A stretch of DNA of 53,048 nucleotides from Chiloscyllium plagiosum (GCF_004010195.1 NC_057718.1:94597205-94650252); one strand, 5' to 3'. Counted from the first letter of the stretch, positions 25,121-36,829 are shown. Made by a program: numbers and translations. The notes: generated by a model from the letters alone, not told the origin.

Positions 25121-25449
25121 CTCCAACACCTTTCTCCTCTGTGTCTGACAGCTGATACATGATCTGTTTAGGTGGTGAATTCACCTCTTCCTGATCTGTC
25201 ACCTGCAATTCAGGAACAGTTTCTGAAGTTTGCCATGCGTGCCTGCTGTTATGTGAGTATATCCAATTGTTCATTTCCAACATCACACTCAAGGTAACAA
25301 TTGCTCCACACGGATCCCGATTTACCAATGGGCTGGTGTTTGTTCAGAGTGTTGAATGTTTGTATCCTGATTGACTTTCCAATACTCAATTCTGATTAAA
25401 ATTCTTGTTAAAATGAAGTTTGGCCACTTTGCTATTTCCCCTTGATTTT

Positions 25450-27920
25450 TCTATGTTGTGGCCATTTCAGAGTCATAGACAGAGCAGGGACAGGACTTGT
25501 TAATGCAGGTTCCAGGATTTAGATGTTTCAGTAATAAAAGTGAAAATGGTAAAAGAGGCGGTGGTGTAGCACTGTTAGTCAAGGACAGTACAGAGGAACC
25601 TCGATTATCCAACGAGATGGCCAGGCAGTATTTCGTTCGGATCATTGATTATTCGGATAACTGATTCAAAGCCTCTCCTCTGGGACTTGAGTTTTCTGAA
25701 GTTACCTTTTTCCTCGCTTTGCCTATCTTGCTCCCTCTCACTGTCTCAGGGTTTGTTTCTGAGCAGACACACACTTGTGTGTGAGGGACCTGCAGCACTG
25801 CTGAAGCCTCTCCCTGCTGCTGCTTCACTTCAATGGGATTTGACAGAGTGAGCACTTGCTATGTCCACTCCCCGTTCAGGAGACTAGGCAGCAGCATTCC
25901 ACGCAATCCCCCCATCACCCTGAGCGCTGCTGCCTGGCCCCACCAAGTTGAATCTCTTGTCAAGAGGAAGAAGAAGGCTTATATTAGGATGAGATGCAAT
26001 GGTTCAGTTAGGGCACTTGAGAGTTGCAAGGTAACCAGGAAAGACCTAAAGAGAGAACTAAGAAGAGCCAGGAGGGGACATGAGAAGTCATTGACGGATA
26101 GAATCAAGGAAAACCCTAAGGCTTTCTATAGGTATATCAGGAATAAAAGAATAACCGGACTAAGATTAGGACCAATCAAGGATAGTAGTGGGAAGTTGTA
26201 CGTGAAGTCAGAGGAGATGGGGGAGTGCTAAATTAATACTTTTCATCAGTATTCATATTTGAATAAGACAATGTGGTTCAGAGAATACTGAAGTACAGGC
26301 TATTAGACTAGACGGGATTGAGGTTCACAAGGGGGAGGTGTTAGCAATTCTGGAAAGTGTGAAAATAGATAAATCCCCTGGGTTGGATGGGATTTATCCT
26401 AGGATTCTCTGGGAAGCCAGGGAGGGGATTGCCAAGACTTTGGCTTTGATCTTTAAGTTGTCATTGTCTACAGGAATAGTGCCAGAAGACTGGAGGATAA
26501 CAAATGTTGTTCCCTTGTTCAAGAAGGGGAGTAGAGACAACCCTGGTAATTATAGACCTGTGAGCCTTACTTCGGTTGTGGGCAAAGTGTTGGAAAGGTT
26601 ATAAAAGATAGAATTTATAATCATCTAGAAAGAAATTGGGGATTAGGGATAGTCAACACTATTTTGTGATGGGTAGGTTGTGTCTCACAAACCTTATTGA
26701 GTTCTTTGAGAAGGTGATCAAACAGGTGGATGAGGGTAAACCAGTTGATGTGGTGTATATGGATTTCAGTAAGGTGTTTGATAAGGTAATCCCATTGAAG
26801 GCTATTGCACAAAATATGGAGGCATGAGATTGAGGGTGATTTAGTGGTTTGGATCAGAAATTGGCTAGCTGAAAGAAAAGAAGGTGGTGGTTGATGGGAA
26901 ATGTTCATCCTGGAATTCAGTTACCTAGTGGTGTACCGCAATCATCTGTTCTGGGTCCATTGTTGTTTGTCATTTTTATAAATGACCTGGATGAGGGCAG
27001 AGAAGGATGGGTTAGTAAATTTGCAAATGACACCAAGATTGGTGGAGTTGTGGACAGTACTGAAGGATGTTGCAGGTTACAGAGGGACGTAAATAAGCTG
27101 CAGAGCTGGGCTTAAAGTTGGGAAATGGAGTTTAATGCGGCAAAGTGTGAGATGATTCACTTTGGAAGGAGCAACAGGAATGCAGAATATGGGGCTAATG
27201 GTAAGATTCTTGGTATTGTAGATGAGCAGAGAGATCTGGGTGTCCAAGTACCTAGATTCTTGAAAGTTACCACCCAGGTTGATAGGGTAGTTAAAAAGGC
27301 ATGCCTGTGTTAGTTTTTATTGGTAAAGGGATTGAATGTTTGAGCCATGAGGTCATGCTGTAACTGTCCAAAACTCTGGTGCAGCCACATTTCGAGTATT
27401 ACATACAGTTCTGGTCACCGCATTATAGGAAGGATGTGGAAGCTTTGGAAAGGGTTCAGAGGAGATTTACTAGGATGTTGCCTGGTATGGAGGGAAGATG
27501 TTACGCGGAAAGGATGACGGACTTGAGGCTGTTTTCGTTAGAGAGAAGAAGGTTAAGAGGTGACTTAATTGAGACATATAAGATATTCAGAGAGTAAGAT
27601 AGGGTGGACAGTGAGAGCCTTTTTCCTCAGATAGCGATGTCTAGCATAAGGGGACATAGCTTTAAACTGAGGGGTGATAGATATAGGACAGATGTCAGAG
27701 GTAGTTTCTTTACTCAGAGTAGCAGGAGCGTGGAACACACTGCCTGCAACAGTAGTAGACTTGCCACATTTAAGGGCATTTAAATGGTCATTGGATAGGC
27801 AAATGGACAAGAATGGAACAGTGTAGGTTAGATGGGCTTAGACTGGTTTCACCTGGTTGGCACAAGATCGAGGGCCAAAGGACCTTTACTGCACTGTAAT
27901 GTTCTATGTTCCAATGTTCT
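25450..27920 (+). mobile_element. CR1 LINE: endonuclease piece, then RT to 3' tail; frameshifted
   Basis: VVAISES/GGVALLVKD at 25450-25590; [44 protein letters not shown]; tail atgttctatgttc. Confidence 0.95.
25591..25944. mobile_element. Truncated Tigger/pogo-like DNA transposon (one TIR) inside the CR1
   Basis: TA + cagaggaacctcgattatcc; the first ~75 bp match the reverse of the MITE end at 46975-47046; right boundary set by where the CR1 resumes. Confidence 0.7.
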
Positions 27921-27984
27921 TTCACTCACATTTCTTCCTACTGATGTCAGCTGCTTTTGCTATTATAAAAGTAGTCTGTGTGCA

Positions 27985-28103
27985 ACTGGAAGAAACCCAC
28001 GCAGACACGGGGAGAGACTCCACACAGACAGTCACCTGAGGCTGGAATCAAACCCCCTGACGCTGTGAGGCAGTAGTATTAACCACTGAGCTACCATGCC
28101 ACC
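27985..28103 (-). mobile_element. HE1-type SINE 5' fragment
   Basis: gaaacccacgcagacacggggaga...aaccactgagctaccatgccac. Confidence 0.85.
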
Positions 28104-28364
28104 CCAGTGATGCATGAGGTTGGATTTCCCAGTATTTAATGAAGCAACTGGATTATTTTCTCATGAGCTAAGGGCTAATGCACATCCTCACTTGTGGGTT
28201 TACAGAATGACTCATATGCTGATGAAAATTGGGCAAGAATGTTGCCAAGTGGTTGACAAATCCAACAGTGGACATATTGCTTGTGCATCTATTGGTTGCT
28301 ACATCACTGCAAGAGCTCTCAGGTTTTTGTGTTTGACAATCCTCCCCAGGCCATACCATTAACT

Positions 28365-29060
28365 CTGTAAGCGTTGTCGAACAGAGAGACCCAGGGGTGC
28401 AGGTACATAGTTCCTTGAAAGTGATGATGAAAGCGTTTGGTACACTTGCCTTAATCAGTCAGAGCACTGAGTACAGGAGTTGGAACGTCATGTTACAGCT
28501 GTACAAGACAGTGGAAAGACTACGTTCAGAGTATTGCATGCAATTCTGGTCATCCTGCTACAGGGAGGATGTTATGAAACTAGAAAGAATGCAAGGAAGA
28601 GTTCTAAGGATGTTACTGAGACTGGAAGGTTGTGTTATATAGAGAGGTTGAAGCGACTGGGACTTTTCTCCCCGGAGCCTCAGAGGCTGAGGGGGTGACC
28701 TTACAGAAGTTTATAAAATCACAAGTGGCATGGAAAGGGCAAATAGCCAAGATCTTTTCCCCAGGATAGAGGCGTCCAAAACTAGAGGGCTTCAGTTTAA
28801 GCTGAGAGGGGAAAGTTTAAAAGGGACATTCGGGGCAACTTTTCTTACAGAGAGGGGTGCGTGTGTGGAGCAAGCTGCCAGAGGAAATGGTGGAAGCTAG
28901 TACAATTGCAATATTTAAAACATATTTTGGACACGTACACAAATAGGAAGAGTTTAGATTAATATGGGCCAAATACAAGCAAGTTGAACTAGTTTAGTTA
29001 TGGATGAGCTGGACCAAAGGGTCTTTTTCTGTGCTGTCTTGCTCAATGGTTCTGTGACTC
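28365..29060 (+). mobile_element. CR1/HER1 LINE 3' fragment
   Basis: MLQLYKT..R.RSEYCMQFW; RLKRLGLFSPE.QRLRG. Confidence 0.9.
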
Positions 29061-29244
29061 CTGTTTTGGATGCCTTATTCCAAATGCAATCCTGCCTTGA
29101 ATTAGTTCATTTTTTATTTGCCCAAATTCACAGGTTTCTAAAAGATGCCTTGATGATGTTACGTACTGATCAATCTTTTTCATTTCATTCTCTCGTATCA
29201 AATACATAGCATTCATGATTAACGTTCACTCTGGTGCTCAAAGC

Positions 29245-29705
29245 ATCGTACTGTCATACAGACCCATCAGTCTAACCAGTCCATGTTGACCATCATCTCA
29301 AACTAAGCTAGTCCCACCTGCCTGCACTTGGCCCATATCTTTCCAAACCATTCCAATCCATGTACTTATCCAAATGTCATTTAAATATCATGACTGTACC
29401 TGCATCCACCACTTCCTCTGGAAGTTCATTTCACACACGAACCACTCAAAAAAATTACCCAGTCTTAAAGATATGTCCCTAGTATTGGAATCTCCCACCC
29501 TAGGGAAAAGACAGCTGCCATTCATCTTATCTATCCCCCTTGTGATTTTATAAACCTCTATAAAGGTCACCCCTCAACCTCCTATGCGCCAGTGAAAAAA
29601 GACCCAGCCTATCCAGCATCTCCTTAGAACTCCAGCCTTCCAATTCCGACAATATCCTGGTCAATGTCTTCTGAACCCTTTCCAGCTTAATAATGTGCTT
29701 CCTAT
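29245..29705 (-). mobile_element. CR1/HER1 LINE 3' fragment
   Basis: IEVYKITRGIDK ORF; reverse tail. Confidence 0.88.
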
Positions 29706-30093
29706 GTGACCTATTCTTCAAAGCCTTTTAAACATCTACTGTGCTGTTCAGAGAGATTTTGGTGGAATGAATCTTGAAACAGGCTCTTTCCGAAAGTGAT
29801 AAAAATGTAGGGACCAGTGCTGATTTGATCAACAAATCCATTGCTTTTGAGTCGGTCTGCCATTACGTACAGAAGAATTCCCAGGTCTGCCTGACATCAC
29901 CATGAATTTGAACAGGAGCTGGTAGAGGATAAAGCTGAAGTCAGTTTCTCTTAAGCACTTTTGTAATCTTTGTGTCTTTATTTCCACTGGCAGCCCATGA
30001 CTCTGCAATTGTAATTTTTATTTCAGCTTCGGACACTCATCTTCTGACATCTTGTTTTGAGCATATGCACAAGATTTCGTTCAACACAAGCTC

Positions 30094-30399
30094 TTTATTG
30101 AGTTGACGCCTCAGATGCCTGTCCATTGAACATGTGCCTCCTGGTCGAGATCACCTGACTACCACAGACGCGGGCGGACATTTGTTGATGATTCACTTTG
30201 AACCCAAACAATAATGAACCCGGACAGCCAATCCTAACCCAGCACTTTCCCACCAATCGTGTTAAAATCAACCACCTTCGTCGCTTCATTAAAGGTGCAG
30301 AGAAATTCCACATAATGTTCTTTTATTTCAGGTTTTCCCTCAGCACGCAAAAGTAGCTGTTGCTGAGTGGACAGCATTGCCTTTATTCATCTGTCAGTC
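30094..30399 (-). other. Possible terminal exon (GLTDE* plus 3' UTR and AATAAA) or a regulatory island
   Basis: Acceptor ccttcctagttacag|GA; phase-1 reading GLTDE-stop; AATAAA at 30099-30094; non-repeat with retained CpGs. Confidence 0.2.
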
Positions 30400-30594
30400 C
30401 TGTAACTAGGAAGGACTCATAAATGCTAAGAAGTAACAGAAACGTCATAGGTGTGTTATTGTGCTGGTTTGAAAAATGAATATATGACCAAGGGTGCACA
30501 GAATCAGCTTGATGAACAGAAAGGACATTGAGTGCAACAGCTTATGAGTAGATGTTCAGGAATCAAAATGGTTTCTCAGTGCAGTTGAAATGTC

Positions 30595-31358
30595 AGAATC
30601 ATAGAGATGTACAGCACGGAAACAGATCCTTCAGCCCAACTCGTCCATGCCGACCAGATATTCTAAATTAATCTCGTCCCATTTGCCAGCATTTGGCTCA
30701 TATCCCTCTAAACCCCTTCCTATTCAGATGCCTTTTAAGTTTTATTCTTGTACCAGCCTCCACCACTTCCTCTGGCAGTTTATTCTACACATGCACTACA
30801 CTCTGTGTTAAAAACATGCACTGTCAGTCCCTTTTCAATCTTTCCCCTCTCACCCTCAACCTACGCCCTCTGGTTTTAGACTCCCCTAATCTGGCTTGAC
30901 TATTTACCCTATCCATGTCCTTCACAATTTTACAAACCGCTGTAAGGCCACCCCTCAGCCTCCGATGCTCCAGGGAAAATAGCCCCAGCCTACTCAGCTG
31001 CTCCCTATAGCTCAAATCCTCCAACCCTGACAACATCCTTGTAAATAGTTTCTGAACCCTTTCAAATTTCAAAACATCTTTCTAAAGGAAGGGTGACCAG
31101 AATTGAATGCAGTGTTCCAAAAGTGGCCTAATCAATGTTCTGTCCCACAACATGGCCTCCCAATTCCTATATCAATGCACTGACCAATAAAGGCAAGTAT
31201 ACCAAATGCCTTCTTCACTATTCTGTCTACCTGTGACTCCATTTTCAAGGCACGATGAACTTGCATTCCAAGGTCTCTTTGCTCAGCAACACTCCTTACG
31301 ATCCAACCATTAAGGTCGTAAATCCTACCCTGATTTAACTTTCCAAAATGCAGCACCT
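30595..31358 (-). mobile_element. CR1/HER1 LINE 3' fragment
   Basis: ORFs 30824-31072 and 31132-31356 are CR1 ORF2 C-terminal motifs. Confidence 0.92.
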
Positions 31359-31479
31359 CAGAGAGAGAGGGAGACAGAGAGAGAAAAAGTGAAAAGCATG
31401 GTCAGGTACAGACAAATGGAATGAAGTCCTGACAGCCTGCCATTGGCAACAAGAAACAGAGCATGGTGATTAACTAAGA

Positions 31480-31780
31480 TATTTTCCCTGGGGTGGGGGA
31501 GTTCAAAACTAGAGGGCATAGATTTAAGGTGAGACGAGAAAGATTTAAAAAGGGACCTGAGGGGCAACAGTTCACACAGAAGACGGTTCATATGTGGAAT
31601 GAACTGCCAGAGATGGTGGTAGAGGCAGGTACAGTTACAACATTTAAAATATTTGAACAGGTAGATGAATAGGAAAGGTTTCGAGGAATATTGGCCAAAC
31701 ACAGTCAAATGGGACTAGGATAGTTAGTAACTTGGTCAACACGGATGAGTTGAGCATAAGGGCCTGTTTCTGTCTGTATG
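31480..31780 (+). mobile_element. CR1/HER1 LINE 3' tail
   Basis: aaactagagggcatagatttaaggtgaga...ggaatgaactgccagag. Confidence 0.88.
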
Positions 31781-32429
31781 GAAGATCAGATGGGTAATAA
31801 CATTGGGACATGGGCTATGGGAGGCCTGAAGGATGCCGGAGAAGAAGAAAGACGATGCTAACAGCCTCTGAAAGGCTATGGTTTCAACAAATGAATGTGA
31901 GATGAACACCCACCTAAACAGCACATCAAAGGCATTTCAATGGGAGACCAAAGCAGGTCATAGTATGTCCTTAATACAAATTCAAACTTCCACAGAAGCA
32001 ACATTCTTACGAATCGGAAATGGGAAAATAATCATAGCTTAGCAAGCTCTTGCCAGTTTTCCTGCAGCCTGTAAATTATTTTAATGGCATCGCATCTCGA
32101 TCAATTTTATCATAGCCTAATACTCTGGCTGATAAGGCAGGAAGTAAAAGCTGTTATGTTGTCTCTGCCCATGGAGCTGCTGATTGGTAAAGTGATGATT
32201 TTAAGCCAAGTGGCCTGATTTTAGTTCAGCCTATGGTCAGTTATAAATTTCCGTGAGGACCCTGAGATCACGAATCTGGCTGGCCACCTTGGGATCTTAG
32301 ACTGCAGGGTCCATCTTTAAATATGTCAGTTGGACTCCAATAACATTTCTGGTGCCTGAGGCCTGCACTGAGGGAGGCAACCCAAGACACAGCGGTTTAT
32401 GTAAAACCTGAGTCACCCCCGAGCATTAC

Positions 32430-32474
32430 CGCACAAATAAACACAGCCAACGTCAGAAGAAGAAAATCCTAAAT
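32430..32474 (-). CDS. Candidate 45-bp internal exon (phase 1-1; DLGFSSSDVGCVYLC)
   Basis: Acceptor ttttacatacttttag, donor gcg|gtaatg; in frame with the 33492-33721 exon. Confidence 0.3.
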
Positions 32475-32874
32475 CTAAAAGTATGTAAAACACAATGGCA
32501 AAATTTAACATTGCTGACACATTCAAATAGAGTGCAGGATCAGAGAGACCTGGGTTTGGGGGTGGTGTCAGGAGTGTTATGCACACAAATCTTCAAAAGA
32601 CCATTGATAGTTCTTTAAAAAAAACACACACACACACAACACATGAGCCTTAGTTTCACAAATAAGACACAAGTACAAAAGTAAGGTGGTGAACAGCCCC
32701 CCGGTATAATGTTGTAACTCTACCAGAAAGACCGCAGTGATTCAAGGAAACAGTTCATCTCCAGGGCAGTTTGGGAGGGTAATAAATTCTGGTGATGCTT
32801 GCATCACATGGATGAACATTGTTTAAAAAGTGTTTGATTTGACTGATTCTCAGGGTGAGGGACTTCATTTCATA

Positions 32875-33176
32875 AATCATGGAATCCATACAGTATGGAA
32901 ACAGGCCATTTGGCCCAACAAGTCCACATCAACCCTTCCACCCAGACCAATTCCCCTAACTAATGCACCTAACCTCCATAGGTCTAGACACCATGGGCAA
33001 TTCACACAACCTGCACATGTTTGGACTGTAGGAGGAAACTTGAGCACATGGAGGAAATCCACACAGACATGAGGAGAATGTGCAAACTCTACACAGACAG
33101 TCGCCCCAGGTTGAAATTGAACCCAAGTCCCTGGTGCTGTGAGGCAGCTATGCTAACCACTGAGCCACAATGCCAC
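32875..33176 (-). mobile_element. HE1-type SINE, full length
   Basis: Reverse tail aatccatacagtatggaaacaggcc to head tgctaaccactgagccac. Confidence 0.9.
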
Positions 33177-33491
33177 TCAGTGGTTAGCACTGCTGCCTCA
33201 CAGCACCAGGGCACCAGATTATGTGGAGAAACTGAAGAAATTGAGATTGTTTGCCCTTTGAGCAGAGAGGGCTAAGGGAATGCCAATGCCTGCCATATAT
33301 CTTCTCTAAGCGAGAGGGACAGTTGCCTTTGATGGACAGAGTTTGCTGTAAATGACCCCTGCATGGATATGAGGTGAGGTCAACACAAGATCAGGTCCAC
33401 TGACATCAAAAGTTCGGGTAGGTGAGGCAGTCCTGAACAAACACATGGATCACAATGAAACCTGCTGCCTTGCTAACGGGGCAAAATATAC

Positions 33492-33721
33492 CTTGCTCCT
33501 CAGAGCAGCTGAAAGCACTGTCAGAAACTGTGGATTCTCCCCCTCCATCCAGCCTTAAACGATTCTCAGAGCCCAAGATGGATGTATTCGATGTTACAAC
33601 CTCAATACCGTTACCAGCTGAAGAAAAGGAGGAATTTCTCCTGTGCCTCTCCAAACGCAAGAGACAAACCGCAGTCCAGTACGCATCATCTGTGTCCAAA
33701 TCTGAGTCAGAGTCACCGGAC
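33492..33721 (-). CDS. Candidate 230-bp internal coding exon of an unidentified gene (SGDSDSDLDTDDAYWTAVCLLRLERHRRNSSFSS...SCSEEQ)
   Basis: Non-repeat sequence; acceptor taattttcacctcag|G, donor caag|gtatat; 76 open codons, phase 2 to phase 1; Ser/acidic composition. Confidence 0.5.
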
Positions 33722-33801
33722 CTGAGGTGAAAATTACCCAGGAGAAGTTACATGAAAAAAAGAACAATCCTATATCCTCAGACTTAGAAGGGGAGGATTA
33801 T

Positions 33802-33909
33802 AGTGATTAGAATGAGGTGCGGTGGATCTCATTGAGTATGAACTCCCTGATTGGCCCAATCAGGGATCTCATACACAATGAGATCCACCTGGCCCTCCTT
33901 CCAATCACT
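33802..33909. repeat. Long hairpin / inverted repeat
   Basis: Core 33821-33889: 34-bp arms with 3 mismatches and a 1-nt spacer; imperfect extension to agtgatt/aatcact. Confidence 0.9.
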
Positions 33910-33959
33910 GCTGGGCGATCTAATTTAAAAAGCGCTAAAAATTATGAGGGGTTTTGACA

Positions 33960-34260
33960 GAACAAAATAAGAAAAAAATAGCAGTTTCCACTGGCAGGAA
34001 GGTCATAACCAGGAGATAGAGATTTAAAATAATAGCCAAAAGAACTACTGGGGAGATGAAGAGATTTTATTTTGAGTTGGTGTGGAATAACACTGTCTTG
34101 CAAGGGCGGTGGAAAAAACACATTTGTAACTTTCAAAAGGGAACTATACAAGTTGTTGGAAGAGGAAGAATTTGCATATTTATGAAGAAAGGTTGAGCTA
34201 ATTAGGTAGATGTCTCAATGAGCCAGCACAAGCACAATGGGTATTCTGTTCTCTGTTATT
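33960..34260 (+). mobile_element. Old CR1 3' fragment
   Basis: gtttccactggcaggaaggtcataaccagg...gagccagcacaagcacaatggg. Confidence 0.65.
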
Positions 34261-34585
34261 CAAAGATTGAGTTGCAATGTTTCGCAAGATACAAGACATA
34301 CTCAGTTAAATGACCTGTTCAACTGCTTCCAATTTGCTGTTGCAAGTTTCATCACCAGTGACACCTCTCCCTCACAGCTGCAGTGTAATCCCAACCTTCT
34401 GTTGCCCTTGGTTTGACATCATTAAACCACAACTTCCCAATAAAAAACAGGCATTGTTCGAAATCTGCAAGAACATTGACTAGAAGTTGTTGTTGTAAGT
34501 CTGGCTTGTTGCCATCATATGGTTATGTGCAACAAGTTTTATTTAAGCAATAAAACTACAGCATAGAAAACCAGCCTTCTGAAGG

Positions 34586-34687
34586 CTGCTGCCCATTGTT
34601 ACCACCTATTTATGGGTGGCACAGTGGCTCAGTGGTTCACATGGCTGCCTCACAGCACCAGGGACCTGGGTTTGATTCCAGCCTCAG
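34586..34687 (+). repeat. Left arm of a 102-bp inverted duplication (unique flank plus HE1 head)
   Basis: Reverse complement of 35273-35374 with one mismatch. Confidence 0.95.
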
Positions 34688-35019
34688 AAAACAATGTGTT
34701 ACTAAATTCAAGAGTGATTTTGGCAAAGATTTTTTTCTCTTGTGGGGTGGCTAAAGAAATGGAACACTGCATCAAAGTTATAACACAGAGGCAAGCTATT
34801 TAAACTATCGAAGCCGGTGTTAGCAATTAGCCTTTACATTATCACATCACACTTATTGTATCTTTCTTTTTTATGTAAACTTGTCCATCAAATGCCCAGT
34901 AATGTTTTCTTTAATGGAAGGTGAGATGAGACACAGACAGGAGATTATGTATAGTATTGCCCATCAACTGAGTACAACTTCTGGACTTGCACATAACATC
35001 CTGTCAATCATTGATGATG

Positions 35020-35346
35020 AATCATATAATCCCTACAGCATGGAAGCAAGCTATTCAGTCCATTGAGTCCATACTGTCCCTCTGAAGAGCATCCTTCCCA
35101 GACTCATGCCCATACCCTATAACTCTACATTTCCCAAGGCTAATCCACCTAACATACACATCCCTGGACAATTTAGCATGGCCAATGAACCTAACCATTG
35201 GATTGTAGGAGGAAACCAGAGCACTTGGAAGAAACCCAAAGAGACACTAGGACATGTGCAAACTCCTCCAGACTGAGGCTGGAATCAAACCCGGGTCCCT
35301 GGTGCTGTGAGGCAGCCATGTGAACCACTGAGCCACTGTGCCACCC
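35020..35346 (-). mobile_element. HE1-type SINE, full length; its head is part of the right arm of the inverted duplication
   Basis: Reverse tail aatccctacagcatggaagc; head gaaccactgagccactgtgccacc. Confidence 0.9.
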
Positions 35347-35594
35347 ATAAATAGGTGGTAACAATGGGCAGCAGTGTAAGATACATGCCCTTAAAGGTAT
35401 GTATATTTCATTTCACAGCAGCATTTACTCATCCTACCCACATATCCATTCAACATTTTCTGCTTTGACCACATTTCCTATCTAATCTCAAACGTCGGTA
35501 GTATTTCTTGCCCAACCACGAACCCTGGAAGCATTTTTTTCCTGACTTACAATACATTGTGTGAAGAGTTTTCTCCTGTTGTCTCTGATCTCCT

Positions 35595-36100
35595 CTCCCA
35601 GTTGCCTTCAGAAGCAGGAGGTGGGCTGCCTTCTTGAACATTCACTGTCCATTTGCAATAGTGAGAACCGCAATGCTGTTCAGGAAGGAGTTTGGGAATT
35701 TTGACCCAGTGACAGTGAAGGAACGGTGATATATTTCCAAGTAAGGATGGACAGTGTCTGGAGGGGAACTTGGGTGGTGTTCCAATGTATCTGCTGCCCT
35801 GGTCCTTTCCCTGGATGTGATCATGAATTTTTCTTTTTCCAAGAACTTGTTTAATTCTTTTTTTTCTGTCTAAGGGGTGTTGGTGATTTTCTGCAGTGCT
35901 CACACTGCTGCTACTGAGTATCGAGGGACTGGATGCTTGTGGGTGTGGTGCCAATCATGTTGGCTGCTTTGCCCTCGAGGGTGTTGAACTTCTTGAGTGC
36001 TGTTGGAGCTGAATCCATCCAAGCAAATGGGGAGTATTCCAACACATGTACCCTGTCGATGTTGGAGAGGATTTGCGGGACCAGAAAGTGAAGTCATTCA
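35595..36100 (-). mobile_element. LINE 3' fragment of another family (CR1/L2 group), probable partner of the second SINE family
   Basis: Reverse FKKAAH.LLLK-like end and SFTVTGSK.PNS; tail resembles 32735-32815. Confidence 0.65.
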
Positions 36101-36829
36101 TTGCATACTTTGTTGCTTACTTCCTTTATTGAAAATTGCAGGACAGGGAGTAGCAATAGATAGCTGTGTCCTAATATTTTAAATAAATTGTTTTACGAGC
36201 ATTAATACTTTGAGTTGCAAAGTGATGTGAACTTTTATGCAAAAGCAGCTTGAAGTATTTTCAAAGAAAGCATTAACAAAGTAGTCAGTCCGTGGGAAAG
36301 TATTGTGAAACATGAGTATTCCAATTTTAACCTCAATCTTGGGATGAGCTTTATAATCTTGCCAAACTCTGAGCGTGAGCATTATTTCCAATGCATTTAT
36401 GGCAGTTATAGGATAAATATTTTATGATACTGAAGATTTGTTTTCAGCTCAAAAAGAACTAGATTAGACAACAATTGACTGCTCCCAGGCTGCAATGCAA
36501 GAAATGGGCAAGAAATGACAGCAATACTTGAGATTAGATAGGAAATGTGGTCCAAGCATAAAGTGTTGAATGGATATGTGGTAGGATAAGTAAATGAACT
36601 ATTCTAATTGGACCATAAAATCAAAAGTGGTTTTGAAATGCAAGGAGATCTTACGTTAAGTAACAAAGGAAACATGCCAACATTGGTATTGCGCCATCTA
36701 CAAACTGAGAAGCTTGCATTGTAAAAATAGAAATCACCGCAAATAAACAGCAGAGAATTTATGGAGACAGATTTAAATGGGCATAACTAAATGTACTCCC
36801 TCCGGGTGTAGGAGAAAGTGAGGTCAAAG

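Noticed and set aside
33455..33730. Plus-strand 91-aa ORF (MKPAALL...)
   Set aside because: No good plus-strand acceptor and a weak donor. The minus-strand frame has better splice signals. Not fully excluded.
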